IMG/VR virus record: IMGVR_UViG_3300020421_000004
Source: an uncultured virus (IMG/VR IMGVR_UViG_3300020421_000004)
Taxonomy: Duplodnaviria > Heunggongvirae > Uroviricota > Caudoviricetes
DNA: 54,511 nt
Reading direction: 5' to 3' (one strand)
Position 1 is the first letter of the stretch. Each line of letters starts with the position of its first letter. This document shows, piece after piece, positions 37,316 through 46,865 of this stretch. The notes under the pieces are model-generated. The model saw only the letters and a program-made list of their open reading frames with translations, was not told the origin of the DNA and made no database searches. The position numbers were made by a program, and so were the translations under genes.

Positions 37316-39339
37316 TTCTTACCGATTTTGTTACGCATATCTTTGTAGTAAGGGCTACGTGCTTTTTCTACATTTGGTATAATAAATCGGTTGTAAGTAT
37401 CTTTCGATGGCGAATGTTTTGGAACTCCATAGTGGTCTATGAAATCTTGGTACGCCGCGATAAATGCTTTGTTTGCTTTTTCCTTCTTTGGCATTAAAGT
37501 TCTATACTTCAAAGTTGGATGATTTACTATTTTGAAAGTAGATACGGGGAATTTAATCCTGTATGGTGCTTCTTCGCCTGTTTTCTTGTGTGTTCCCATC
37601 ATTAACAATTGAACACCTTGCATATCTTTGGCGTGCTTACTGACACCTCTAGTCCAATATGATTGGCCTTTTTTCGACTTACCGGAACCATGTCGTGTTC
37701 CGCCAGCCATACCAGAAACAGGTTCTCTTTTCTTAATATCTAATTGTGTTGTTGGCCATAATTCGACAAAGTGATATTTGCCCCTACCAACACCACTTGG
37801 GTTCTTCTTTGCTTTCTTAGCAGGGTTTTTCTTACCAAGTCCTCTTCTGATTCCTTGTGCTTTTTTACCAGCATTGTCATTTTTACCAAGTCTTAGATAG
37901 TCTTCGTTGTACTTGATTATCTTCCACTTGCCGCCACCGCCTTTCTTTTTACCTTGTTGATTCTTGTTTTTGTTGCCGCCACCTTTGCCGCCGGAAACTG
38001 CCACTGCAACATACAATGGTGTTGGGTCATACTGACTTGCTGCAATTACTATTGTAGGATAGTCGGCGATGCGGTCTTTACTAATTTTCAACTTATTGTT
38101 TTCATCCAAGTGAGTTGATTCGATATTAAGAGCATAAGCGCCAACCTTCTCGTTGCTTAGTTTCTTACCACTACCATTACTAGTCATTTCAGTCATCACT
38201 TCTTTGTTCTGTAGATTGAACTCCATAAATGTTGTACCGCTAGCCACTGCTGCGCTACTTTGACCTGATGCCATTGCTACGTCAACTGCTCTTGCTCTGT
38301 AGTTATATGGTGGTGCTTGTAGTGTCATTAACAAAGTTCTAACATTTATTGTATCACCAACTTCATAATCAGCAACTGCTGCACGCATTAATTGTGAAGA
38401 TAGTATTCCGGTTTGTTCATTGGTCGTAGTTCTAAATGCGTATGCATCGCCTTCTGATGCCAATGCTCTTTGCATTTCTAATACCATTTCTACCTCTGCT
38501 GTTTCTAAAGGAATGTATCTGCTTTTGAACTCAGCGTAAACTTCGTTTCCTTCATCTGGATGAAGTTGATAGAGTGTGTAATAGTTATATTGCTTTACTG
38601 GCATTGAGCGCAGTATGTCGAAAACAAGTTTATGCATTACTTGTTGTTGTGTAGCACCGTATCCTTGTTGCGAAAGTAATTCTCTACCTCTAGTCAATAC
38701 ATCGTAAGCAATTTGACCTTTTGCTATTGCTTCTTGATTATCTGCACCAGGAAGTAGTCTTCCCATTAAGTTGTGGTGACTTGGGTCACTCTCCCATTCG
38801 TGTGCGAATAACGCATTAGAAGAACGTTGTGCGTGTGAAACACCGGCAGCAAATTCTGCACCTATGTCAACTGTGTTCATATTTTTAATGTAAGCATACC
38901 AATCTTGAGCACTAGCAATGAATAACAATGGGTCATCTCTTACAGACATTTCATTTGTAATTCCGCCTGCTGCGATACTGCTTCCTGCCTTTCTAGCAAT
39001 TTTGTCAAGTAATGCAACACCTGATCCGATTCTTCCTCTAACGACTGTTTCCCCTTGTATTGCACTCTGCAATCTAAGGTTTCTCCATGTTATTTTGGAT
39101 GTTTTCTTAGGATTTGCCAATACTTCGTTATATTCTGGTTGTCCTGAATCGTTGTCTGCATACTCTTCCGTAGCCTTTGATACATTGTTGTTGTATACTA
39201 CGCCTACCATCTGCTCGCCGCTTGGGTTGTGTCTTGCACCAAAGAGTGTGTACTCTTTTGTTTTTTCTAAAGTTTGGACATCTTTGTCATTAACTTCTAC
39301 TACTTCACCGTTATTTCTTATAAAATTCATTTTGTTCAC
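37312..39339 (-). CDS. Hypothetical protein with NP motifs and basic C-terminal domain (675 aa)
   Basis: RHNP, LANP, KKNPAKKAKKNP; likely start 39330 behind AGGTGA SD. Confidence 0.7.
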   Translation of the reverse strand: MNKMNFIRNNGEVVEVNDKDVQTLEKTKEYTLFGARHNPSGEQMVGVVYNNNVSKATEEYADNDSGQPEYNEVLANPKKTSKITWRNLRLQSAIQGETVVRGRIGSGVALLDKIARKAGSSIAAGGITNEMSVRDDPLLFIASAQDWYAYIKNMNTVDIGAEFAAGVSHAQRSSNALFAHEWESDPSHHNLMGRLLPGADNQEAIAKGQIAYDVLTRGRELLSQQGYGATQQQVMHKLVFDILRSMPVKQYNYYTLYQLHPDEGNEVYAEFKSRYIPLETAEVEMVLEMQRALASEGDAYAFRTTTNEQTGILSSQLMRAAVADYEVGDTINVRTLLMTLQAPPYNYRARAVDVAMASGQSSAAVASGTTFMEFNLQNKEVMTEMTSNGSGKKLSNEKVGAYALNIESTHLDENNKLKISKDRIADYPTIVIAASQYDPTPLYVAVAVSGGKGGGNKNKNQQGKKKGGGGKWKIIKYNEDYLRLGKNDNAGKKAQGIRRGLGKKNPAKKAKKNPSGVGRGKYHFVELWPTTQLDIKKREPVSGMAGGTRHGSGKSKKGQSYWTRGVSKHAKDMQGVQLLMMGTHKKTGEEAPYRIKFPVSTFKIVNHPTLKYRTLMPKKEKANKAFIAAYQDFIDHYGVPKHSPSKDTYNRFIIPNVEKARSPYYKDMRNKIGKK

Positions 39340-40604
39340 CTACTTGATAATACTACTAATCCGACTATGCCGCCTATTAAAACAACTCCGCCAAGACCAG
39401 TGATTCCCAGACCAGCATTCACCATTTTTCTACCACTCGACTGTTCTCGTATTGTGTGCGACGCTGCTGTTGCATCAGTCGCTGGTACTTGCCCAAGATA
39501 ATTTACTCTGCGGTCTAAATCCATTGCCATTACTCCGCCATCGGGTTCGAACCCATATGCTATTGCTGAATCGTGTGCTTCTTCAAATGTTTGCCCTTGA
39601 TTCATAAAATACTGCATTGAACGAATGTGTGCCGGATTTGTTCTTTCTGGATGTTTGTTAGCGATTTCTTCTGCTGATACCATTGCACCAAACCCGTCGA
39701 ATGAAAAGTTTCTTTTGTTTGTTCTTCTATGTGTGGAACCAAATATGCCTGCAACAGCAGAAACTGTTTCACTAACACTACCTTCCATATCGTTTAGTAT
39801 TCTAAATTGATCTTGTAATGCACCAATATGTGCTTTCAATAACTCTTGGTCACTAACCAACCTTCTGTTGGTTTTGATTTCTCGCATCATTGCTTTGATT
39901 GAAGATACTTGTGCATTTACTGCTTTAACTTCTGCAGGCTTCATTGCTTTGCGTAATTGTGAAAAAGATGCCATATAGCGTCTTAGTTGCTCGTTAAAAT
40001 CATTGTAAATCATATCTTGCTTTGTTTTTAAAGCATTTTTACTAACTTTCTCTAAGTGTGATTCTACTTTGCGCAATTCCTTCATTGATGCTTTTTCTGC
40101 GTTAACTGCGCTTTGTGCAGAGGGGTCTCTGCTGTGTCTAAATCTAACTTGGTCGACAACTGTTGAAAACATTCCGTCCATAACTTGCTGTTGTTGTTTG
40201 GGCAACATATTCATCAAGTCTGCGTTTTTTACTGCGATTCTGTCTACTTCTCTAGCAACAGATGTGATTGTTCTATCCCAGTTGGCATCTTGCACTGGTG
40301 GCTTTGTCGCGTGTGCTGATGCAATTCCGTTTAAGGTAGCACTTTGGTTTCTGGAAACTTCCAGCACTTTTTGCTCAATTGTTTTCAAGTATAATCTTTT
40401 TTCTGACTCTAACATTGATTCAGTCATTGTTTGATTTAATGAACTTCCTTGTGCCAATGTAATGAACTCTGCCCCTAATTTTGAAACAGGATCCATTGCG
40501 GCTGTTCCTCTTAAGTGGGTTAATGAATATGCATCGATAATTTCTTTAGACTTCTCCTTGAAGTCGTAAATAACTCTATCAGCAAAGTCAGGACTGACTA
40601 CCAT
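39336..40604 (-). CDS. Coiled-coil protein with C-terminal TM anchor
   Basis: Long helical region, then FDGFG - small domain (HIRSMQYFMNQGQTFEEAH) - NYLG, then TM GLGGVVLIGGIVGLVVL. Confidence 0.7.
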   Translation of the reverse strand: MVVSPDFADRVIYDFKEKSKEIIDAYSLTHLRGTAAMDPVSKLGAEFITLAQGSSLNQTMTESMLESEKRLYLKTIEQKVLEVSRNQSATLNGIASAHATKPPVQDANWDRTITSVAREVDRIAVKNADLMNMLPKQQQQVMDGMFSTVVDQVRFRHSRDPSAQSAVNAEKASMKELRKVESHLEKVSKNALKTKQDMIYNDFNEQLRRYMASFSQLRKAMKPAEVKAVNAQVSSIKAMMREIKTNRRLVSDQELLKAHIGALQDQFRILNDMEGSVSETVSAVAGIFGSTHRRTNKRNFSFDGFGAMVSAEEIANKHPERTNPAHIRSMQYFMNQGQTFEEAHDSAIAYGFEPDGGVMAMDLDRRVNYLGQVPATDATAASHTIREQSSGRKMVNAGLGITGLGGVVLIGGIVGLVVLSSR

Positions 40605-40649
40605 CGTCTATCCGCACTAGGTGGTTTGTTAAGAGTGTGTTGCTTCAGA

Positions 40650-43600
40650 CTAACTCTTACTTGGAATTGAATCTGTAGCCTTTTTGAGTCCTATCTCTGT
40701 TGCCTTTCGTATTTTTATCGCTTGCACAGAAGATATTGACGCGAACATAAGAGCCGAGCCTGCTAGACCTATTCCGGCTATTGCCAAACCGGAACCTCCG
40801 AGTATGCCAAGATACTTGGCTCCTTCTCCAACTCCTTCTGTAATAGCATCTGTCCCGACTGCTTTGTCTAACAAACTATTGCCTAAATTATCAACACCAT
40901 CTAAGTTACTCATCGCCATATAACCCATCTCTTCTCCAGCAACGTCTGCAGCGTATGGTACCATGGACATCCCGATATCTCCGGTGTAACGTGGGCTTGC
41001 AGAACCTATTGCACCCCACTTAGCGGTGACGTCTGTTATTGTAAATCCGGATGCATCGGTAAAGCCACGGAACCCTGCTAAACCAGAACTAGGTAAACTA
41101 ATGTTTGCAGTTTGCGCGTCTTGCGACTCTGCGTCGGTTTGTTGTGTCACCATTGGTATTCCTAGTTTAGCAGCCTCTTGGCGATATGCTTCATAATCTA
41201 CACCCGGTATCGGATATCCTGCTTCGAGTAACATCTTTCCTGTAACGTAATCTTTATTCCACCATTTAAGGTAGGCTTTGGGTGTTGTATCAGTATATCT
41301 TACATTACCGTATTTGTTCATTAACTCATTATACATCCAATTCTTAAAAGTTCTTTCTGTGAATATTTCTTGCTCGTCTTCGGTGTATCGACCTTCGTCA
41401 ATTCCACCTTCTTCTGTTTGTTGTTCGAAGAGACCACCTTCATTACTTACATCTGTTGTTCCATCTGTAACTACTGGGTTACCGTATTCGTCTAACTCAA
41501 CAGTATCTAATTGACGTTGAATTTGTTTGTCTAGACTAATTACTGAACTATTTACTTCTCCGAATGGTGTCTGGTAAACCAATTTTATATCTCTTGTTCC
41601 AATATATCCTGGTTTGGCTGCTGTTGGTCCAACTGGTTTGTAATTACCATTAGCATCTACTTCTGTACTGTACTTCAAAACGGGTCCCATATGGTGTTGT
41701 GGTACGCTAAATATCGCAATTGTAAATGGGTAACTAAATGTTCCATAGTCTGTATTGATTGTGTATCGCAACGGATCGTTTGGGTCTCTTACACCGTATG
41801 TCCCTGGATTATCGTTTGCGCCAACGTTCGGTAATGCAGCGAAAGTTGCTACGCTTAATTCGTTACCCATTGTCTTTCGCCATGCTTCTCTAATTGCTTC
41901 CATTCCAACTGGCTCTTGTATCAAGCCTTTTTCTATATTAACTAAATCATCAGTAGTGATTGTTTTTATTGGCGGTAAATAATCTGACGTATAATTACCC
42001 GCAGCAGAACCATCGTTTGGTCTACCGTGTGGGTTTAATTCAAAGGAAACCAAATTAAAGTCCTTCCTCATTGTTACGCTGTCCATCCTTTTCGTTTCTG
42101 TTGTAATTATTATTCTTTCAGAGGCGTGAGGTAAATTAATTACTGGTTCGTTTTCACCTAACTTAGCATCAACTGATGGACTTGCCATATCGTAAGTTAG
42201 CATACAGTGACCGATTGCGAAAGCGGTACTTCCCACATCTAAATTTCCTTTCGGGAAATATGCGTTAGTTAATCTTCCACTACCAAGATATGCTTTTTTG
42301 TATGGGTCGGTTACAGATATCGCTGCACCTGTCATACCAGTACGAGTTGTAGTATCGAAACAGAACCAATCTGTTGCTTTAAATAAATCTGGGTCGTTAG
42401 AAAATACTCCAGCAACCAAGGGATTGTTTACTATTTGGTCAAACCAAGATTGGCTTTGAGAAATAAGATACGGTCTATGTCTGTTACCTGGGGGTAAATT
42501 AGGTGAAATCATTGGTACCAAATTTATTTTTCTTCTTCCAGCATATGTTTTTCCACCATATTCTGCTTCATACATTTCGGAGTCTAATTCGTCTGAACTA
42601 GTTGGTGCCAACCTTCCAATCAAACCATACTTGTCTTTATTTCTTAGTATTTTACCGTCACCAGTTGTTAGAGGATTGCTGGCTTTACTTATGTTGGGCA
42701 TTGGGTAGCACTCCCCTGTGTTTGTTATACTATAGTCTGGCATCTGGTTTCTTGCATAATACGCTAGTAATTCTTTGTCTAACATTTCATCCAATTGTCT
42801 TGGAAACCTGTAAACAACCATTGTTTTACCTTGCTCTGGATCGCAATCAGGCATACTTGGTGGGTGTGCAGAAAACGAACTAAAGGCACCGTCTTCTCCA
42901 AGCCACTCCATTTTAACAGCGTAATTTACTTTACTTTTTTCTGGCGCAATAATACTTTCAAAATTGCCAACCTTTAGTGCTTGGCGAAACTCTCTGTCAA
43001 GAGTCTTTGCTCTTGGCTTACCATCAGGAAAAGAACTCTTAGTAAATACTGTGGGTATTTTATTGTGTCCTTTACTATAAACCGATTCAAAATCTCCTTT
43101 ATCGAATCCGTGAGTGCCCTGAACAACAATTTGTTTATCGTATCCACCATCTGGTACATTTATCTTATTTCCTGTAGCAAGTGCTTCCTCTACGAAAAAG
43201 AAACTCTTTGGATTCATTGGCATGTCTAATGCCTTTCTCCAAATAGGTTTTACTTCTGTATCTAATATGAAATTCCGACCATTGTTTGAGAAATCATTAT
43301 CAATATCTAATAAGCCTCCTATGACCTTTCTTTCTCTAACCTTTGCACATTTTGTGAACATCTGCATAACTGTTGCCATTGGTATTCCTGCTGGGATTCC
43401 TCCGGCGAGTTCTGAAGCGGATAGCACTCTGAATCCAAGAAAAACACCATCTGAGTAAGAAGCAATATAGTGACTAAGTGACATTGCATATCCACCAAAA
43501 GAGTCTACAATTGGTCGAGGATAGTATCCTCCATCTCCCACTCCACTTGCTTTGGGTGTAGAGTGTCCATGTGTTCTCCAATCATGTGTTGACAAATTAC

Positions 43601-44060
43601 CGTCCCAATAACTATACTGTTTATTTGTTGGTATGGCTTGACCTGCTGCTGTTGCTTGCCCTACACTTGGTAGAAAGTATTCTCCTGCTTCGTAGTCTAC
43701 GGTTGGAATTTGGGGGCTGTACGTCTCTGATTTTTCTGTCGTCTTGTCAGTAATTGTATTAATTACATCGGAGACTTCGCCACTGACATATGTCGCCGCA
43801 CTTGATGCCGCTTGTTCAGCAGATGTTGCTGCATCACTGACATATGTCGCCGCACTTGATGCTGCATCACTGACATATGTCGCCGCACTTGATGCCGCAC
43901 TTGATGCTGAGTCTAAATAACCTCCACCCTTTTTCTTAATTTTTTTTGCTAGTTTTTTATGTGAAAGGCCAATATCATTGAAATCATCTGCTTGTTGTGC
44001 ACCAAGTGGTCCAGTATCAAACACATCACGATTTCTCTGATAACGATGTCGCATTGTCAT
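40650..44060 (-). CDS. Large C-terminally membrane-anchored virion-like protein (1136 aa)
   Basis: N-terminal PLG and AASSAATYVS repeats; C-terminal LAGFRG, NLDG, NLG, then TM. Confidence 0.7.
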   Translation of the reverse strand: MTMRHRYQRNRDVFDTGPLGAQQADDFNDIGLSHKKLAKKIKKKGGGYLDSASSAASSAATYVSDAASSAATYVSDAATSAEQAASSAATYVSGEVSDVINTITDKTTEKSETYSPQIPTVDYEAGEYFLPSVGQATAAGQAIPTNKQYSYWDGNLSTHDWRTHGHSTPKASGVGDGGYYPRPIVDSFGGYAMSLSHYIASYSDGVFLGFRVLSASELAGGIPAGIPMATVMQMFTKCAKVRERKVIGGLLDIDNDFSNNGRNFILDTEVKPIWRKALDMPMNPKSFFFVEEALATGNKINVPDGGYDKQIVVQGTHGFDKGDFESVYSKGHNKIPTVFTKSSFPDGKPRAKTLDREFRQALKVGNFESIIAPEKSKVNYAVKMEWLGEDGAFSSFSAHPPSMPDCDPEQGKTMVVYRFPRQLDEMLDKELLAYYARNQMPDYSITNTGECYPMPNISKASNPLTTGDGKILRNKDKYGLIGRLAPTSSDELDSEMYEAEYGGKTYAGRRKINLVPMISPNLPPGNRHRPYLISQSQSWFDQIVNNPLVAGVFSNDPDLFKATDWFCFDTTTRTGMTGAAISVTDPYKKAYLGSGRLTNAYFPKGNLDVGSTAFAIGHCMLTYDMASPSVDAKLGENEPVINLPHASERIIITTETKRMDSVTMRKDFNLVSFELNPHGRPNDGSAAGNYTSDYLPPIKTITTDDLVNIEKGLIQEPVGMEAIREAWRKTMGNELSVATFAALPNVGANDNPGTYGVRDPNDPLRYTINTDYGTFSYPFTIAIFSVPQHHMGPVLKYSTEVDANGNYKPVGPTAAKPGYIGTRDIKLVYQTPFGEVNSSVISLDKQIQRQLDTVELDEYGNPVVTDGTTDVSNEGGLFEQQTEEGGIDEGRYTEDEQEIFTERTFKNWMYNELMNKYGNVRYTDTTPKAYLKWWNKDYVTGKMLLEAGYPIPGVDYEAYRQEAAKLGIPMVTQQTDAESQDAQTANISLPSSGLAGFRGFTDASGFTITDVTAKWGAIGSASPRYTGDIGMSMVPYAADVAGEEMGYMAMSNLDGVDNLGNSLLDKAVGTDAITEGVGEGAKYLGILGGSGLAIAGIGLAGSALMFASISSVQAIKIRKATEIGLKKATDSIPSKS
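43781..43907. repeat. Three copies of CACTGACATATGTCGCCGCACTTGATGC (coding ASSAATYVS)
   Basis: Exact direct repeats, in frame within 40650..44060. Confidence 0.85.
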
Positions 44061-44064
44061 TGAA

Positions 44065-44931
44065 TCACAGTAGCCTTCGCATAGCGCCTCTCGTTTTAAC
44101 GAATGCGCTTCCTACGTTTTCTACCTGATTCGTGGTTGGTTTAGGTGCTTCTGACATGATGTCTAAAGTGTCTACTGGTGCATAGAGATTGATGTCCATA
44201 CCACTTTTCATGTTTCTTAGTGTCATTTCCCTTGTTGCAGATATTTCACGTTGATCGTAAATTTGTCTTGCCGCATCTTTAGTCCATGCGTGCATACCAC
44301 TTATTGTACGTGTTCTTCTATTGCCTGCAAGGTTGGTTGATTGTCTACCATTTATTCCAACTCCTGGGTCATAGTGACCTGCAATATTTTGGCGAATTGC
44401 CATTCCTTGTACCGATTCTGCTGTTGGTGTGGTTGTCGAAACAGTTCCTCCTGGTAGTGGTACGCGTTGTTCATTAGGTATTTGCATTACATTATAGATA
44501 GGTAATAGATGAGCATATATCTCTCTTCTATCTCCTACAGTTCTATTCCTACTATTATATAGATTCTCTAATCTATTTACTACACTAGGGTATCCTTGGT
44601 TTCTTATCTTTGTTGCTTCGCTTTCAGAAACTTCCTGTGGCATACCTCGTGACATCAAATGTGTCACTGTTGCGTTATATGTGTAAGGAATAATAATCGT
44701 TGGAACGTTTGGTGCCAATGCTGTTTGGATTATTTGATAGTCATTCCATTCTGTGGATTCTGATATGTAGTGAAACAATCCTGGCGTTACACCTGCGTAA
44801 GATGGATCTTGTGCAATTGATTGTCTTGCTGCATTAGTTGGTCCGAGTGAGTTACTGTTCTTTGTCAGAAGATACAGGCCGCCAAGTAATAACCCACCCG
44901 CCATATAGGGCCCGTAGTTTTTTTTAGCCAT
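44065..44931 (-). CDS. N-terminally anchored membrane protein
   Basis: TM YMAGGLLLGGLYLL followed by SLG; several (I/L)xG motifs near the C-terminus. Confidence 0.7.
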   Translation of the reverse strand: MAKKNYGPYMAGGLLLGGLYLLTKNSNSLGPTNAARQSIAQDPSYAGVTPGLFHYISESTEWNDYQIIQTALAPNVPTIIIPYTYNATVTHLMSRGMPQEVSESEATKIRNQGYPSVVNRLENLYNSRNRTVGDRREIYAHLLPIYNVMQIPNEQRVPLPGGTVSTTTPTAESVQGMAIRQNIAGHYDPGVGINGRQSTNLAGNRRTRTISGMHAWTKDAARQIYDQREISATREMTLRNMKSGMDINLYAPVDTLDIMSEAPKPTTNQVENVGSAFVKTRGAMRRLL

Positions 44932-45015
44932 TTATTCCACTCTTCCTATGATAGATAGCGCAAAGATTGACCCAACAAGGCCAACTAAGAACCAACTATT
45001 CTTATCGTTCAACAT
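44932..45015 (-). CDS. 27-aa single-TM microprotein (absent from ORF track)
   Basis: MLNDKNSWFLVGLVGSIFALSIIGRVE*; fills the gap between two co-oriented genes. Confidence 0.55.
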   Translation of the reverse strand: MLNDKNSWFLVGLVGSIFALSIIGRVE

Positions 45016-45021
45016 TCCATA

Positions 45022-45459
45022 TCACTTTCTCAGACGATACATTACTCCAGCAACTAATGCTAGTGGTATCCAGTTCTGAGTAACGAATGACTGCACGCCG
45101 AATAATCCTGGTGTTCCCCAGTGTGCTGGTTTGTTGTCCATAGATGATGTCATCATTGTTTCTTCACCAGGTGCTGAACCAATGCCGAATATTCCTGGGC
45201 CTGGTAGTGAACGAACTCCATCGTTACCGTACCATGCGCTTGACATACCATCACCCATTTCATTTCCGTGGTGTCCCTTCATGGATCCTTTGTGTGCGCT
45301 ACCCAGTCCAAAGAAACCTTTGGATGTTGGTGTTGGTACTCTCGAACCATATCCTGCGTGACTGTTTTCAAATATCGTAGGTCTGATATTATCCAAGTAA
45401 TCTGGGCTTTTAGGTAGTTTACCTATTCTTCGTTGTAGTGATATATTCATTGCTGGCAT
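45022..45459 (-). CDS. C-terminally anchored protein with three GxFG(L/I/V) motifs
   Basis: GFFGLG, GIFGIG, GLFGV; TM WIPLALVAGVMY. Confidence 0.7.
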   Translation of the reverse strand: MPAMNISLQRRIGKLPKSPDYLDNIRPTIFENSHAGYGSRVPTPTSKGFFGLGSAHKGSMKGHHGNEMGDGMSSAWYGNDGVRSLPGPGIFGIGSAPGEETMMTSSMDNKPAHWGTPGLFGVQSFVTQNWIPLALVAGVMYRLRK

Positions 45460-45470
45460 TGTTAATCATC

Positions 45471-45653
45471 TCATTTGTAGTAGCGGTTAAACAGTGTCAC
45501 CGTCATGACTCCCACTATGGCACCGCTTAATAGGGTTCCCCAAAATTCGTTGCTTGTCCATGATATGTCACCAACGTTAGAATAACCGCTTATTCTATTG
45601 TAACGAGGTGCTTGTAGTATCCTGTAAGCAGAGTTGTCTTTTGGTATTGGCAT
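45471..45653 (-). CDS. Small membrane protein
   Basis: ISGYSNVG then TM FWGTLLSGAIVGVMTVTLF. Confidence 0.65.
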   Translation of the reverse strand: MPIPKDNSAYRILQAPRYNRISGYSNVGDISWTSNEFWGTLLSGAIVGVMTVTLFNRYYK

Positions 45654-45657
45654 AAAA

Positions 45658-46353
45658 TTACTTCCTATTGAATAGTTTGACTAACGGATGCTTTGAAAGC
45701 ATATCTCCAAACTTATTTCCTTGTGGCTTTAGTGTTCTAACAACCCTAGCACTACCTAGTCCACTGATTGTATTACGTGTAATTGGTGAGCGTATTGTTT
45801 TTGCATCGGCCATCAACGGATATACTTTCGATATGGGTACACTTTGTCCTAACTTGAATTCTGGATAAATTAACTCACAAGGTATCCAGTTGTCACCGAA
45901 CTCCCTGTTTGGAGAAAATGTCTTTGTAACTAACATTACGTGATTGAAAACTCCGTCACCTGAAGAATCTACAATTAATGCACCAACAGGATAACCTAGA
46001 GAACCGAGTAGTGAACCACCTAATATAACAAAGTCGTCACAATCACCAGCAGACATTCCATTGTCTATGTCACGTAGTAGCCTTCTTGCCGTGTGAAAGT
46101 ACTCCACACCAATTGGTTCTTTACGATATACCATATGAGTCTGTACCCATTTTACAATTGCTCTTATTTCTCCGACTTCATCGTGTCCTCGAATATTTGC
46201 TGCTTGTACAATTGAGATTGCTTTTTGTCTGACTGCTTGGTCACGCATTCCATCTTCTATCATATCAACTATTATTCTAACGATGCTCTCAAATCGCTTC
46301 TGTATAGGGACGTTTGCTCCATACTTGATGTGATACACCTGTCCCTCATCCAT
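45658..46353 (-). CDS. Transglutaminase-like cysteine protease (candidate maturation protease)
   Basis: WVQTHMVYRKEP..EY; AGDCDD (Cys); FNHV (His); WIPCE (acidic residue) match the transglutaminase-like triad; own C-tail has ISGLG. Confidence 0.8.
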   Translation of the reverse strand: MDEGQVYHIKYGANVPIQKRFESIVRIIVDMIEDGMRDQAVRQKAISIVQAANIRGHDEVGEIRAIVKWVQTHMVYRKEPIGVEYFHTARRLLRDIDNGMSAGDCDDFVILGGSLLGSLGYPVGALIVDSSGDGVFNHVMLVTKTFSPNREFGDNWIPCELIYPEFKLGQSVPISKVYPLMADAKTIRSPITRNTISGLGSARVVRTLKPQGNKFGDMLSKHPLVKLFNRK

Positions 46354-46359
46354 GCTTCT

Positions 46360-46381
46360 CGGACAGGGTACAATACTTTAA
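46360..46381 (-). promoter_or_regulatory. Promoter TTAAAG-N6-ACCCTGTCCG for the protease/membrane-protein operon
   Basis: Shares the 10-mer with 33811..33820. Confidence 0.55.
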
Positions 46382-46424
46382 CGCCTTTCACAACCTTGAA
46401 TACTAAGTAGTTGTAGTTAGTACT

Positions 46425-46865
46425 ATGAAGAAAGAACTCACGATAGTGATTCCGGGTGAGCCGGTGTCTCAAGGCAGACCTCGGTTTAGTACACACGGTG
46501 GTTTCGCTAGAGCCTACGATCCAAAGAAAAGTAGAGAGGGTAAACAGTCTGTAAAGTATTTTGCAGATGCAGCAATGTTGGATGCAGGCATTGGTGTACT
46601 TATCGGCCCAATAGGAATGCAAATACAATTTGGAATTAAATTACCAAAAAGCCAAGAACGTAAGAGAACACCTGTTCCTAGAAAATGGCGAACTAAGAAA
46701 CCAGACTTAGATAATATGATTAAATTGGTAAAAGATGCTTGTTCCGGCATTGTTTTCTTAGACGACAACCAAATAGTAAAGATGTCAGCGGAAAAAATAC
46801 AATGTGCTCAAGGTGAAGCACCATTTACTAGAGTCCGGTTCTTTGAACTAGAAGAAATAAATTAA
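46425..46865 (+). CDS. rusA: RusA-family Holliday junction resolvase
   Basis: IPGEPVSQGRPRF...KKPDLDNMIKLVKDACSGIVFLDDNQIV. Confidence 0.9.
   Translation: MKKELTIVIPGEPVSQGRPRFSTHGGFARAYDPKKSREGKQSVKYFADAAMLDAGIGVLIGPIGMQIQFGIKLPKSQERKRTPVPRKWRTKKPDLDNMIKLVKDACSGIVFLDDNQIVKMSAEKIQCAQGEAPFTRVRFFELEEIN

Noticed and set aside
43781..43907. 28-bp direct repeats resembling a mini-CRISPR
   Set aside because: Intervening stretches are very unequal (26 and 5 nt), in frame and repeat-derived; they encode ASSAATYVS; no cas genes.
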